Part shown: positions 12,030 to 24,661 of the stretch, piece by piece | Layout of the letters: the number at the start of each line of letters is the position of its first letter | Numbering within the stretch: the stretch's first letter is position 1 | Source of the DNA: Eledone cirrhosa | Lineage: Eukaryota | Assembly (NCBI GenBank): GCA_964016885.1 | Contig: OZ024749.1 | Span: 1,426,001-1,490,000 of the forward strand | Direction of reading: 5' to 3' | DNA: 64,000 nt | Notes under the pieces: generated by a model | What the model was told of the DNA's origin: nothing | The model's database searches: none | The model's input: only the letters and a program-made list of their open reading frames with translations | Position numbers and translations under genes: made by a program

Positions 12030-15000
12030 AAGCTACCAAATGCCCATGCAAAGCTTCAATCCAGAGACAGGTTGCATACACACACCCCCGCAAAAATTCA
12101 CCCCATCATACGAGTGATGGCAAATGCTCCGAGTTGGAACCATCAATGTAAGCACAATGAAAGGAAGAGCAGGAGAAATTGTAGAGATGCTAGAGTGAAA
12201 GGAAATTGATGGAGAGGAGAGTCTGCTAGAGTCCTCGTAGGCAAAAGTCAATGCTACAAATATTTCTGGGAGGGAAATGACAACGGGATGGGAGGGGTAG
12301 GTATACTACTAGCTGACAAGTGGGTAGATAAAGTAATCTCAGTGAACAGGGTGAATGCAAGAATCATTAAACTCAGACAAGTCCTGAATAAAACAAATAC
12401 CACAATAATATCAGCTTACGCACCCCAATCGGGGTTGCCAGATGAACTTAAGGATAGATTTTAACAGTCCCTAATGCACACTGCTGCCCTAACAAGCGAC
12501 AATGACTTCCTAATCATTGCAGGAGATTTCAACGGACACGTTGGTAAACACCATGACGGCTTCTATAGAGTCCATGGAGTTGGCACAAGAAATGAAGAAG
12601 GCTTCAGGCTTCTAGAATTATGTGACGCCAATGACATGTCGATATGTAACACAAACTTCAAAAAACCCAACAACCATCTGATCACCTATAGATCAGGGGA
12701 ACATTCTAGTCAGATAGATTTTATCCTTATCAGAGGGTGTGATAGATGGACAGTTGTAAACACAAGCCTTCCCTGGTGAGGAATGTACCTCCCAACATAA
12801 CTTAGTTGTTAGTGACCTCACTGTCAGAACTAGACGTACTTGGAAACAGAAGGCAACCTGGAGAAGAAAGATCTGGAAGCTGAAAGACCCCTCAGTCAGT
12901 AACAGATTTAAAGATATCCTACTTGACAGTATTACAGTACTTGACGCCTATGACAGTAAAGAAGATAGAGACATTCAATGTAGAACAGCACTGGGAGTTC
13001 CTAAAAAATAACTTACTAAAGGCGACGGACGAGATTTGTGGTTGGAGCAAGGCCACAGGGAGGAGGAGAGTGACTTGGTGGTGGAACAATAAGGTAGATG
13101 AGGCAGTTAAGGCCAAGAGACAGGCATGGAAAGAATGGAAGAATGGAGGAAACGGTACATTACATGGAGACCAGGAGGGAAGCTAGGCGACATGTATACT
13201 TAGTTAGAAGGGAAGTGGAGGATAGAAAATTCAAGCATGTTTGACAACATGAGGACCAGAAACAGGAGGTGTTCCAGATTGCGAGGCAGTGTGTCAGAAA
13301 GAATTGTGATGCCATTGGAGAGAAATGTATCCGGAATGATAATGGTGAGCTTGCCCTCACAAGTGCCTAGAAGAAAGATGCATCGAAGAGCCATTATGAA
13401 AGATTACTAAACGAGAAGAATGCATGGGAAGAAGAGACCCTACCCCAAGTGGACCCTATAGAGGGACCAGCAGTACAAGTCAGCAGCAGTGTAGTAAGTA
13501 AGGCAATTAAAGATATGAAAACAGGTAAGGCAACCGGTCCATCGGGTATAGCTGCCGAGATACTGAAGGCATCTGGGTCGGTAGGTCACACCATAACCAC
13601 ACATTATTAACCAGGTAATACGAGAGGGTGTCATACCAAAGGATTGGTGCAGCAGCATCATTTTCAACTGCTACAAGGGTAAAGGTGATGCACTAGATAG
13701 AGGAAACTATAGAGGTATAAAGCTGATGGACCAGGTCATGAAAGTAACAGAAAGAGTTATAGCACAGTTGAAACTAGATGAGATGCAATTTGGGTTTGTA
13801 CCAGGAAGAGGCACCACTGATGCCCTCTTCCTTGTGAGGCAGTTACAGGAAAAGTACCTAGCTAAAAGTAAGCTGCTCTACCTGGCATTCGTCGATCTCA
13901 AGAAAGCCTTTGACAGAGTTCCCTGTGCTATAATCTGGTGGGCTCTTAGAAAATTAGGAGTAGATGAATGGCTTGTGAAAGCTGTACAAGCCATGTATAG
14001 GGGAGCAGTCAGCAAAGTTAGGATTAGCAATAACTATAGCGAGGAATTTAGCATATAGGTCGGTGTCCACCAGGGCTCTGTTTTTAGCCCTCTCCTGTTC
14101 ATCATAGTCCTGCAGGCAATAACGGAGGAGTTTAAGACCGGATGCCCATGGGAACTCCTGTATGCAGATGACCTCACACTTATAGCTGAATCTATGGTAG
14201 AACTAGAGAAGAAATTCCAAACTTGGAAGCAGGGACTAGAAAGAAAGGGTCTCAAAGTCAACCTGACAAAGACTAAGGTCCTTGTAAGTAGACGAGAAAA
14301 CAGAATCCAGATCCCCTCAGGGAAATGGCCTTGCTCAGTATGTAGGAAAGGTGTAGGTAGGAACTCCATCCTCTGCCCCAAATGCAAATTATTGGTACAC
14401 AAGAGATGTAGTGGGATCTCAGGAAGCTTAACTAAGAATGTAGGCTTCACATGTAGCAGCTGCGCTGGGACAGCAAGCAGCAAACGACCACAGAAAACAA
14501 GCACCACCAAACTCTGGGAGGGCTCTGTAGAAACAGTAGACAGCTTCTACTACCTAAGTGACCGAATTAGCAGCGGAGGTGGGTGTTTGGAAAATACAAT
14601 AACTAGGGTAAGAATGGGATCGAAGAAGTTCAGGTAGCTACTGCCACTGCTAGCTGCAAAAGGCTTTTCCCTCAAAATGAAAGGCAGACTGTATGATGCG
14701 TGTACACGAACAGCAATGTTACATGGAAGTGAGACCTGGGCGCTGTCTGTGGAAGACTTGCATAGATTAGAAAGAAACGAAGCCTGCATGCTCTGATGGA
14801 TGAGTAATAGTAATATACGCGAACAGCAAAGTATAAATGAACTGAGAGAGAGAGACTGAGCATAAGAGGAATCCTGCTGTGTGCAGGAGAGGAGATTACG
14901 CTGGTATGGACATGTAATGCGTATGAAGGATGACAGCTGCATAAAAAGGTGCAGAGCACTAGAAGTCGATGGAAGCCATGGAGTGGGGAGACCCAAGAAG

Positions 15001-15375
15001 ACCTGGGATGAGGGGATAAAGGTCGACCTTACCCAATTGCACCTCTCAAGAGCAATGACACACGGCCGTGATCTGGCATCACGCAGTAATACAGAAGACT
15101 CGACTTCCCCACAGGAACAAGCCGAAGCTGAAGCATATAGACAATATGCTCCCACACCCTCCCACTGTACGGTGGTCGTGTAGGCGCCACGGAAAAAAAC
15201 ACCCAGCACACACTGTAAATGAGGTTGGTGTTAGGAAGGGCATCCAGCTGTAGAAATCAAGCCAGAATCAGTTCCCGTATGAGCAAGACAAGGTCAGCCG
15301 ACCGGACACTGCCCACAACAGGATAACCTGTCTAACCCATGCTAGCATGGAAGAACGGACGTAAAACAGTGATGA
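12030..15375 (+). mobile_element. Near-full-length RTE-clade LINE, inactivated
   Basis: APE motifs (IIAGDFNGHVG, SQIDFIL), RT motifs (AFVDLKKAFDRV, GVHQGSVFSP, YADD at 14161-14172), a Cys-rich insertion, the RRLRWYGHVMRM C-terminus and a GAT tail. Multiple stops and frameshifts. Confidence 0.92.
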
Positions 15376-15399
15376 TATGTATGTATATATATATATATA

Positions 15400-15850
15400 T
15401 ATCATCATCATCATCACCGTTTAACGTCCATATTTCACACTAGCATGGGTTAGTCAAGTTATCCTGTTGTGAGCAATTCCAAGTCAGGTGAGTATTGGCC
15501 ACTTTTTACCATGTCATCATCATGACAACTTTAGAGTAGGAGGGTGGGGTGGGGAATACTGTATATATGCTTCAGCTTCGGCCTGTCCCCGTACAAAGTC
15601 GGGTCTTCTGTATTACTGCTCAACACCACAGATATTGGCCCTGTGTCATTGCCTTAAAGAAGTGCAATTGGGCAAGGTCAGCTTTTATCACCTCCTCCCA
15701 AGTCTTCCTGGGTCTCCCCACTCCTCAGATTCCACCAACTTTGAGCACTCTGCACCTTTTTATACAGCTGTCATCCTTCATACACATCACATGTCCATAC
15801 CAACGCTATCTCCTCTCCTGCACAGTTAATCTGATTCCTCTTATACCTAG
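15400..15850 (-). mobile_element. RTE 3' fragment, tail-to-tail with the preceding LINE
   Basis: Reverse complement of the RTE C-terminus and 3' UTR, with a (CAT)n tail at about 15402-15416. Confidence 0.85.
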
Positions 15851-16456
15851 TTTGCTATCTGTTATGTAATTTTAAATGTTCAGATACAATTTCACCAAAG
15901 AGCTATCATCTGTATAAAGTAATATAATTTGTTGATATATCAACCCAGAAATTTTTGGTGTTGATTTTCCATTGCCTGGACTGTCTTTCTATTGTGCGAC
16001 CCCTATTTTGAATTCATATTCTAAAGACTTAGCCATGTGGACTTTATTTGAAACTATCATATAATAGATATCAACCACCTGGTCTGTCTTCCTCTATTCT
16101 CCCTTCTTACCTTTTCTAGACATCAGTGTCATGCCTCTTTGTCTGGACATTCGACTGTAGTCCTCTTCTATCTCACTATTTTCTTTCTATATATTTCTTT
16201 CTCAGTCCTCACACGCTGTTTTCTCCTTTATTTGTAGTTGATACACTTGCAACACTGTTTCATCTGTATTTGTGTATTTTACCATAACTTGTCTTTGTTG
16301 TGCCCCAATGTCTTTGTTGTGCCCCAATGTCCACTGGAATCAGCTGTATCTACCTTAATGCACTGAAACTAGTGATTTCCATTGTCTTTGTCCTGTGTAC
16401 AACAGGATAACTCGTCTAACCCATGCCAGTATGGAAACATGGTTGTTAAATGGTGA

Positions 16457-16509
<53 letters not shown>

Positions 16510-16575
16510 TAGATAGATATATATATTAATACTGAAATTTGTATTTTTATAGAATTTCTGTTTTGATATTTTCAG

Positions 16576-16708
16576 AGAAAAATTACTGAGGAACTTAAAC
16601 AGAATACCCCGAAAGCAGGGGAAGCTAAGGACTTGGCAGATGCAATCGAGAAGTATTGTAAATCCAAGTTAACTGCCATTGATTGGGAACAAATGAAACT
16701 TGATTCTG
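16576..16708 (+). CDS. CMSS1: CMSS1 exon 3 (RKITEELKQNTPKAGEAKDLADAIEKYCKSKLTAIDWEQMKLDS)
   Basis: Acceptor TTTTCAG and donor GTAAAT, phase 0 to 1. Matches the KKITD..PKPG...L region of CMSS1. Confidence 0.9.
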
Positions 16709-16739
16709 GTAAATACTTAGATAATTTTGGTCATCGTCA

Positions 16740-17260
16740 TCATTTTATATCTGCTCTTCTATGGGTTGGATGGTACAAATTCCTTCCATTTGCTACCATT
16801 TCCTCCATCAGGTTCAGCGTTTTGAGATCAGCTTGAACCACCTCTGCCCAGCTTTTTCTCAGTCTTCCTCTACTGCAGTTTTCTTCCACTGGCAATAGAG
16901 AAGGCTGCAAAAAATGGAAATGAGAATGGTCCAGTGGATAAGTGGAGTATCGCTGAGAGAAAGAGAAAGACAAACAATGAATTGCAGAAGATGATGGTAT
17001 AGAACTAGAGAGAAATGGAATGAGATGGTTAGATCATGTGTTGAGGAAGGATGAAAGTGACTGGGTGAGAGGAATTATGAAAATAAACATGGAAGAAAGA
17101 GGAAGGAGGAAGACCAAGAATGATATGGCTAAAGATGATGGAGGAGGAAATGAAAGCTTGTGTTGGAGAGGGGTGATGCACACAATTGGAAAAAATGGAG
17201 GAGCTTGTCATGGGGCTAAACCTTAGCTTTAACAGAGAAAGTGGCCTTAAAACACTTCTC
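16740..17260. mobile_element. Two short RTE 3' fragments in opposite orientations
   Basis: RGRLRKSWAEVVQADL on minus, and MRWLDHVLRK...RGRRK on plus. Confidence 0.65.
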
Positions 17261-17367
17261 TCTCTCTCTCTGTTTCTCTCAGCTATGCTGTACCATCAAC
17301 AAGGTCATAGGAGACCACTCACAATGTCTCTTCCTCTAGAAATTGAGAATGGTTAAGCAAGGAACTA

Positions 17368-18296
17368 TGGCTGATGGCTAAAAAGTTCACAGGCTGACCA
17401 AGATACTCTCATGGAATGTGACCAAATGAGGTTTATTTTTCAACATAGTCCCCCTTGTAGTCTCCACACTTCTTCCATCAGTGTTGCAGTGCTGGGATCT
17501 CATTGGTGAAGAAGCTTTCATCCTGGTGGTCAAAAAAGTCGTCAATAGCAGATATGACATCATCACGGTGATACCGGTTCCCAGCCAAGTGGTTTTTCAT
17601 GTTGGGGAACAAATGATAGTCAGATGGGGCCAAATCAGGAGAATAGGGAGAGTGATCAACCAATTCAAAGCCACAGTTACACACAGCAGCCATTGAAACC
17701 AAGGAGTTGTGTTCTGGAGCATTGTCCTCATGAAACAAGACCCCTTTCATCAGTTTTCCTGTGTGTTTTGTCTTGATAGTCCTCGTAACTGCCTCAGCAG
17801 ATGGGGTGGCCCTTTTGAAGATAGTCAATAAACACAATGCCTTTTGCATCCCCCAAAAAACTGAGACCAGAACATTCTCAACTCTTTCAAGAGAGATGTT
17901 AATAGCATTGGCTATTTGGTTTATAGTCAATTCCCTGTCACTCATCACCATTTGGTGAACATGATCAATATTTTCCTTGGTGCTGGCAATTGCAGGACAT
18001 CCAGACCGTGGGTCATCTTTAAAACTCTTCCTCCTAAATTCAGTTGCCCATCTTTGCACTGTTGATAAAGCTGGAGTGTAAAGCTCTAATGTAACAATGG
18101 ATGTCTTTGGGGACTAAACCCTTTTTCTGCAGGTACTTGATAACCCCACAATGTCTTCTCTGAACAGTCAAATGTCAGTTTACCTGGAAAGAAACAATGC
18201 AGATATTAATAGGAAGAATTGAAATTAATGCATGCAAGATTTCACAGCTCTAGCATCACTTCATAGGCAGCATATGAACTTTTCAAGCTACCCTTG
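17368..18296 (-). mobile_element. Mariner element, internally deleted
   Basis: DDPRSGCP, HEDNAPEH and YSPDLAPSDYHLF motifs. Degenerate TIRs (AAAAGTTCA) with TA flanks. Confidence 0.9.
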
Positions 18297-19384
18297 TAGT
18301 AAACCTATGTTACTGGAACAATCCAACTGAATGGCCTGATGTGTAGTACAACACAAAACAATAATGATAATTTCTAATTTAGGGGAAGGGGAAGTTGGTT
18401 ATTTCAACCAAAGTAATATTTGACCAGTATGTTAATTGTCATCAGACAGAAGAAAGATAATTGTTTCTACTTTTGGCACAAGGCCAGCAATTACCCAGTG
18501 TATTACTGGTACTTTATTTTATCGACCCCATAAGATAATGTTTACCCATCAGCTGAATCTGAGAACTTAACCCTTTCATTAACATATTTTAAATGACAGA
18601 CACTGCTTTAGCATTTTAATTTATTTTGAAAATAATCAGAGGAGGGATTTAATGATATAACTAACTTTCCTATTAAGCTGGTGTTTTGAATATAATAAAG
18701 GATCTTGAATAAAAGTATGTTGGAAAGTTTTTAGATAAATATAAACACTTCAACAATTTCATTACCATATTTCTAAGAAAAGAGTGCCTACGATTTTCAA
18801 AATGTTTTGAAAATAGGCAATAATTAGGAGAGATTTAGTAATATAACTAACTTTCTCATTATTAAACTTGTGTCTTTGATGATAACAAGAAAAAGTTCTT
18901 CGGTGAAAATATGAAGTTTTTTTAAGATTGTAGAATTAGGGTGGTTTTAGGTAGGTTTGTCTGAAATGGGTTAAAGTGTCATAATACAGCAAGTCACTGC
19001 CAAACAAAAGATGGAGAGAACTTTTTCATTGTGTTAAAGACATGACAACCTCCCATGATAAAAAAAAAGGCACCTGATGGCAGTCAGAAGTGTGGGGGAC
19101 ATGTAAGCGAGATATGGCATCTCCAGCCCAACTGAGAGGTCAGAGGAACTAATTAATCTTCAGTGCATTTTAGGCGCTTTATGCCGCTAATAGAGTAACC
19201 TCTCCTTAATACATAATGCAGTGTCAGGGAGGCAATTCATGAAACAAATTCAGCATGTTAAAGGTTAAGTACTGACTTAGTTGGTGATGTCCCGTATAGC
19301 CCTTGATAGCAGAGAGAAACCCATTAAATGATTATATCCAGTGCTCTGATTCTAATGCTTTTAATTTTTATTTTTTGTTCTCAG

Positions 19385-19550
19385 ACCACTTCTTTGACTC
19401 TAACACTGATTCATTGAGGTCCTCCATATATTTGAAGCTTATTCTTCCAAAATGGTCAAAAATGCTGAAGAAAAAGAAAAATCTTAAAGCAGGGTGTCCA
19501 CTTGTATTGATTATTGCCAGCTCTGCCATCCGTTCTGTTGAACTTATTAG
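19385..19550 (+). CDS. CMSS1: CMSS1 exon 4 (DHFFDSNTDSLRSSIYLKLILPKWSKMLKKKKNLKAGCPLVLIIASSAIRSVELIR)
   Basis: Acceptor TTCTCAG and donor GTAATA, phase 1 to 2. PKW and LIIxSSAxRxxELIR are conserved in CMSS1. Confidence 0.95.
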
Positions 19551-19669
19551 GTAATATATTATATTCATCATCATCATTTTATGTCCATTTTTCCACGTTA
19601 GCATGGGTTAGACCCTTATATATTTATCATCGTTTAACATCCATCTCCTACATATATCATCATCATTAT

Positions 19670-20215
19670 CACCGTTTTACGTCCATTCTTCCATGCTAGC
19701 ATGGGTTAGGCAGGTTATCCTGTTGTGGGCAATCCCAGGTCAGGTGACTATGTCTTGCTCGTACAGAACCGATTTTGGCTTAGTTTCTACATCTTCAGTT
19801 CATGCCAGACACCATGTTTAACAGTGTGAAGTTATGACCCTTTACATTCTGAGTTCATATCTCGCCGAGGTTAACTTTGCCTTTCATCCTTACGTGGTCA
19901 ATGAAATAAGCACCAGTAATGCACTGGGGTAATTGCTGGCCTTGTGCCAAAAGTAGAAACAATTATTACTATATATATATATATATATCACAGTCCACGC
20001 TGTAATGTGGCCGTGTAGGTAACACGTTAAAAGTTCCCAGTTCCACACTGTAAATGTGGTTGGTGTTAGGAAGGGCATCCAGCCGCAGAAAGCCTGCCAG
20101 ACAGTCCTATACGAGCGAGGCACGGTCACCTGACCAACCTTGCCTCAAGTGAGACAACTCCCGTCTAACCCATGCTAGCATGGAAGATGGACGTTAAATG
20201 ATGATGATGATGATA
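19670..20215. mobile_element. Cluster of RTE 3' UTR tails and a SINE family A fragment
   Basis: RTE tail on minus (about 19670-19790), SINE core (about 19795-19965) and RTE tail on plus (about 19990-20215). Confidence 0.7.
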
Positions 20216-20509
20216 TATATATATATATATATCATCACCATCACCATTTACTAGCCATTTGAATGATCAATTGTCTTGCTTTGAATTGTTAACTGTCCAA
20301 CATTTGAAAAGATGGTATTAGCCCTGAAATATGTTGAAATACACTGAGTAAAACATTACTTTGTTCTGTTTTATTTGTCATCATTTACCTTTTATATTTT
20401 TCTACCATGTTGCACTGATCTTTTGACAATTATTGCTCTTTCATTACATATTTCTGGCTGGAAGAAGTTTAGAGATCTATTACCGCTGTTAACAACAAAA
20501 TGATTTTCT

Positions 20510-22020
20510 CTCAGAGTGAAAGGTAGACTGTATGGTGCCTGTGTGTGAACTACAATGCTGGCAGTTAAACATGGGCCTTGATTGCAGAAGACCTACAGAG
20601 GCTAGAAAGAAATGAGTTGAGTATACTCCGATGGAGATGTCATGTTAGTGTGGTTGAGTGACATAGCATCAGCTAAGGCATCGGATGTAGTGTACAAGAG
20701 AGAAGACTGCGTTGGTATGAACATGTGATATGCATGGAAGATAGCAACTGCATAAAGAAAAGCAGAGAAACGCCAGTGGCTGGGATTCGTGGAAGAGGTA
20801 CACCCAGGAAGACATGGGATGAGGTTGTGAAGACTGACCTTAAGAAACTAAACCTCACAACAGAAATGACAAAAGATTGCGAGGGCTGACGCTATGCTGT
20901 GCTGAAAAAGACCTGACCTGTAGCATACAATGTGACCTAACCTACCCCCATGCCCTCCTAGCCCCCCCCCCCCCCCCCGGTTATTCTCAACATGGGTGCT
21001 CTGAAAGTACAGTAGCTAGAGTCAGAACTGGATGGAAAAAGTTCAGAGAGCTTATACCACTATTAGCCGCTAGAGGGTTCTCCCTAAAAATGAAAGGCAG
21101 GTTATACGATGCCTGCATTCGAACAGCAATGCTGCATGGCAGTGAGACCTGGGCATTGTGTGCAGAGGATATACGCAGACTAGAGAGGAACGAAGCTTGC
21201 ATGCTCCGCTGGATGTGCAATAGTAATATACGTGAACGGCAAAGCATAAACGAACTAAGGAAAAAATTAGAAATAAGAGGGATCAGATGTTGTTTACTCG
21301 ACAGAAGGCTACGTTGGTACGGTCACGTGATGCGCATGAAAGACGACAGCTGTATAACAAAGTGCAGGGCAATAAAGATAGACGGTAGCCACGGAGTAGG
21401 CAGACCCAGAAAAACATGGGACGAGCTGATAAATTCCGACCTCACACGCTTACACCTCTCCAAGACAATGTCACTGGACCGAGACCTTTGGCGGTACTCA
21501 GTAATAGAGAAGACCCGCCTTACCTAAATACAAAGTAAAAACCTACTACAGTCAGTAGGCACCTCTATCAAAACACACCCCCGTCCCTCCACACCGCCCC
21601 TTTCAATGTAAAGTTATGTTGGTCCCACAACATCCAGGCCGAAACAAATGAGATCGTGTAGGTGTCACGACAAAAAACACACAGTCCACGCTGTAAATGT
21701 GGCCGTGTAGGCAACACGGTAAAAACCTCCCAGCCCCACACTGTAAATGTGGTTGGTGTTAGGAAGGGCATCCAGCTGTAGAAAACCCGCCAGACAGTCC
21801 ACGCTGTAATGTGGCCGTGTAGGCAACACGGTAAAAACCTCCCAGCCCCACACTGTAAATGTGGTTGGTGTTAGGAAGGGCATCCAACTGTAGAAAACCC
21901 GCCAGACAGTCCTATGCGAGCAAGACAACCACTCTTGCCTCAAGTGGGAAAACCCCCGTCCAAACCCATGCAAGCGTGGAACACGGACGCTAAACCTGAT
22001 GATGATGATGATGATGATGA
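20510..22020 (+). mobile_element. Two tandem RTE 3' fragments, the second with a duplicated 3' UTR segment and (GAT)n tail
   Basis: ORF 20877-21527 (GWKKFRELIPLL...MLHGSETW...RRLRWYGHVMRM...GRPRKTW). Confidence 0.88.
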
Positions 22021-22101
22021 TTACTACTTCAACCCAACAGTGCATGCCCCCTCCTCATTCCTAGCTGCTCTTTCCCTGTGAAGTGGTTGGTAAATGTTTA
22101 A

Positions 22102-22137
<36 letters not shown>

Positions 22138-22672
22138 GTTGTGTTAGTGACATTACAAAAAGTACCCAGTCTACCCTGTTAGGTGGTTGAACTGATACCA
22201 TGAGGAAAAAGCATCCTGTCCATGCTGTTAGGTGGTCGTTTTGGTGCCATGATAAAAAGCACTCAGTCCATGCTGTAATGTAGTTGGCATTAGGAAGGGC
22301 ATCCAGACGTAGAAACCAAGCCAAAATACAGATCCATATGAGCAAGACATGGTCACTTGACCTGGCTAGTCTCATAATGTGACAAACCCATGCAAGCAAG
22401 GAAAATAAATGTTAAACAATGATGATTCTGTCTAGAGCTTGTGGAAATCTGAAAAAAAAAGCAAGGGAGAAAACTTCAATAGGTGTGTGGTCTGTCACAC
22501 CTGTTTTTTCTTCACCTCTTACTCTCTTCTATCTTTCTCTTTCTTCTTTTATCTCTCATTCTATCTTCTGATGAAGGACTTATGTCCAAAACATTAAGAC
22601 TATTGCTACTATAAAACGATATTATATCTTTATTGTTCTATATTTTTTGCTTTATTGTTTCCTGTTTATATA

Positions 22673-23336
22673 CGAGCGTAGGTTGAAAAGTTCATAGGCT
22701 GACTAAGAATAAGTGATGCTAGAGTTGTGAAATCTTGCATGCAATAATTTCAACAAAGAGACAATTCATGCAGTGGAAACACTTCTCACCTGCTCCAAAG
22801 AAGGCCAAGGTTGTTTCATCTGCAGGGAAGATGATGGCCTCAGTTTTTTGGGGGATGCAAAAGGCATTGTGTTTATTGACTATCTTCAAAAGGGCCACCC
22901 CATCTGCTGAGGCAGTTACGAGGACTATCAAGACAAAACACACAGGAAAACTGATGAAAGGGGTCTTGTTTCATCAAGACAATGCTCCAGCACACAGGTC
23001 CTTGGTTTCAATGGCTGCTGTGTGTAACTGTGGCTTTGAATTGGTTGATCACTCTCCCTATTCTCCTGATTTGGCCCCATCTGACTATCATTTGTTCCCC
23101 AACATGAAAAACCACTTGGCTGGGAACCGGTATCACCGTGATGATGTCATATCTGCTATTGACGACTTTTTTGACCACCAGGATGAAAGCTTCTTCACCA
23201 ATGAGATCCCAGCACTGCAACACTGATGGAAGAAGTGTGGAGACTACAAGGGGGACTATGTTGAAAAATAAACCTCATTTGGTCACATTCCATGAGAGTA
23301 TCTTGGTCAGCCTATGAACTGTTCAGTTGACCCTCA
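22673..23336 (+). mobile_element. Mariner element, internally deleted
   Basis: AGKMMASVFW, HQDNAPAH and YSPDLAPSDYHLF motifs. TIRs CGAGCGTAGGTTGAAAAGTTCATAGGCTGAC with TA flanks. Confidence 0.9.
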
Positions 23337-23402
23337 TATATATATATATATTTGTATATATATTCATTCATGTATTTTTCCCACCAATCTATTTACTTCC
23401 AG

Positions 23403-23466
23403 AGAAATTGCTCCATTCAAGGGAGAGGGGACTAAAACTGCAAAATTATTTGCTAAACATTTCAAG
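23403..23466 (+). CDS. CMSS1: CMSS1 exon 5 (EIAPFKGEGTKTAKLFAKHFK)
   Basis: Acceptor TTACTTCCAG and donor GTTTGT, phase 2 to 0. KLFAKH is a CMS1-family hallmark. Confidence 0.95.
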
Positions 23467-23556
23467 GTTTGTATATTTGATTTATTTCTGTTGTAGTTAT
23501 CCCACCTTGTCACTTCATATGTAACAAATCATTGCTTTTTATATTTACAAATGGTA

Positions 23557-24269
23557 TAGCAGCATATATAGATATACTAATACACAGCACATGTAGCTTA
23601 GCAGCATATATAGATATACTAATACACAGCACATGTAGCTTAGCAACATATATAGATATACTAATACACAGCACATGTAGCTTAGCAGCATATATAGATA
23701 TACTAATACACGGCACATGTAGCTTATCAACATATATAGATATACTAATACACGGCACATGTAGCTTAGCAACATATATAGATATACTAATACACAGCAC
23801 ATGTAGCTTAGCAACATATATAGATATACTAATACACAGCACATGTAGCTTAGCAGCATGTATAGATATACTAATACACGGCACATGTAGCTTATCAACA
23901 TATATAGATATACTAATACACGGCACATGTAGCTTAGCAACATATATAGATATACTAATACACAGCACATGTAGCTTAGCAGCATGTATAGATATACTAA
24001 TACACGGCACATGTAGCTTATCAACATATATAGATATACTAATACACGGCACATGTAGCTTATCAACATATATAGATATACTAATACACAGCACATGTAG
24101 CTTAGCAGCATATATAGATATACTAATACACGGCACATGTAGCTTATCAACATATATAGATATACTAATACACAGCACATGTAGCTTAGCAGCATGTATA
24201 GATATACTAAATACACGGCACATGTAGCTTAACATATATAGATATACTAATACACGGCACATGTAGCTT
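23557..24269. repeat. 42-bp minisatellite, about 17 copies
   Basis: Unit TAGCAGCATATATAGATATACTAATACACAGCACATGTAGCT. Confidence 0.95.
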
Positions 24270-24661
24270 CCTAGACATTCTCCATATTTATAATCTATCA
24301 TTCATCATCATTTTTATACCTCCTTTTCATGAAGCTTAGTGGTTAGTGTTGGTGATCTACATGATAAATACACCCTGTAGACTCTGCATCCAGCTGTAGA
24401 AATCTTGCTAAACAAAGGGTTGGGAGGACCCTCAGTTGTTTCAAAGACTTGACAACCTTTCTTGTGCATTTGGTAGAAGATGAGACTACGTAAGCGAGAT
24501 GTCGACCCCTTGACCTGTCTGGGGGATGGTAGTGGCCCCATATTAGTACTGACTTTGGCTATGAAAACCCGTCCAACCGTTGCTAGCAGAGAAAGCGGAC
24601 ATTAAAACGATGATGACGTCTTTCATAATTCTACTATAAGTTGTAGTTTATGATCTTATAA

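Noticed and set aside
12030-15375. Active or domesticated LINE
   Set aside because: It has numerous in-frame stops and frameshifts.
23510-24301. Long repetitive ORFs (also 3776-4504, 24757-25762 and 47087-47925)
   Set aside because: They are artefacts of stop-free tandem repeats with unit lengths divisible by 3, open in several frames and on both strands.
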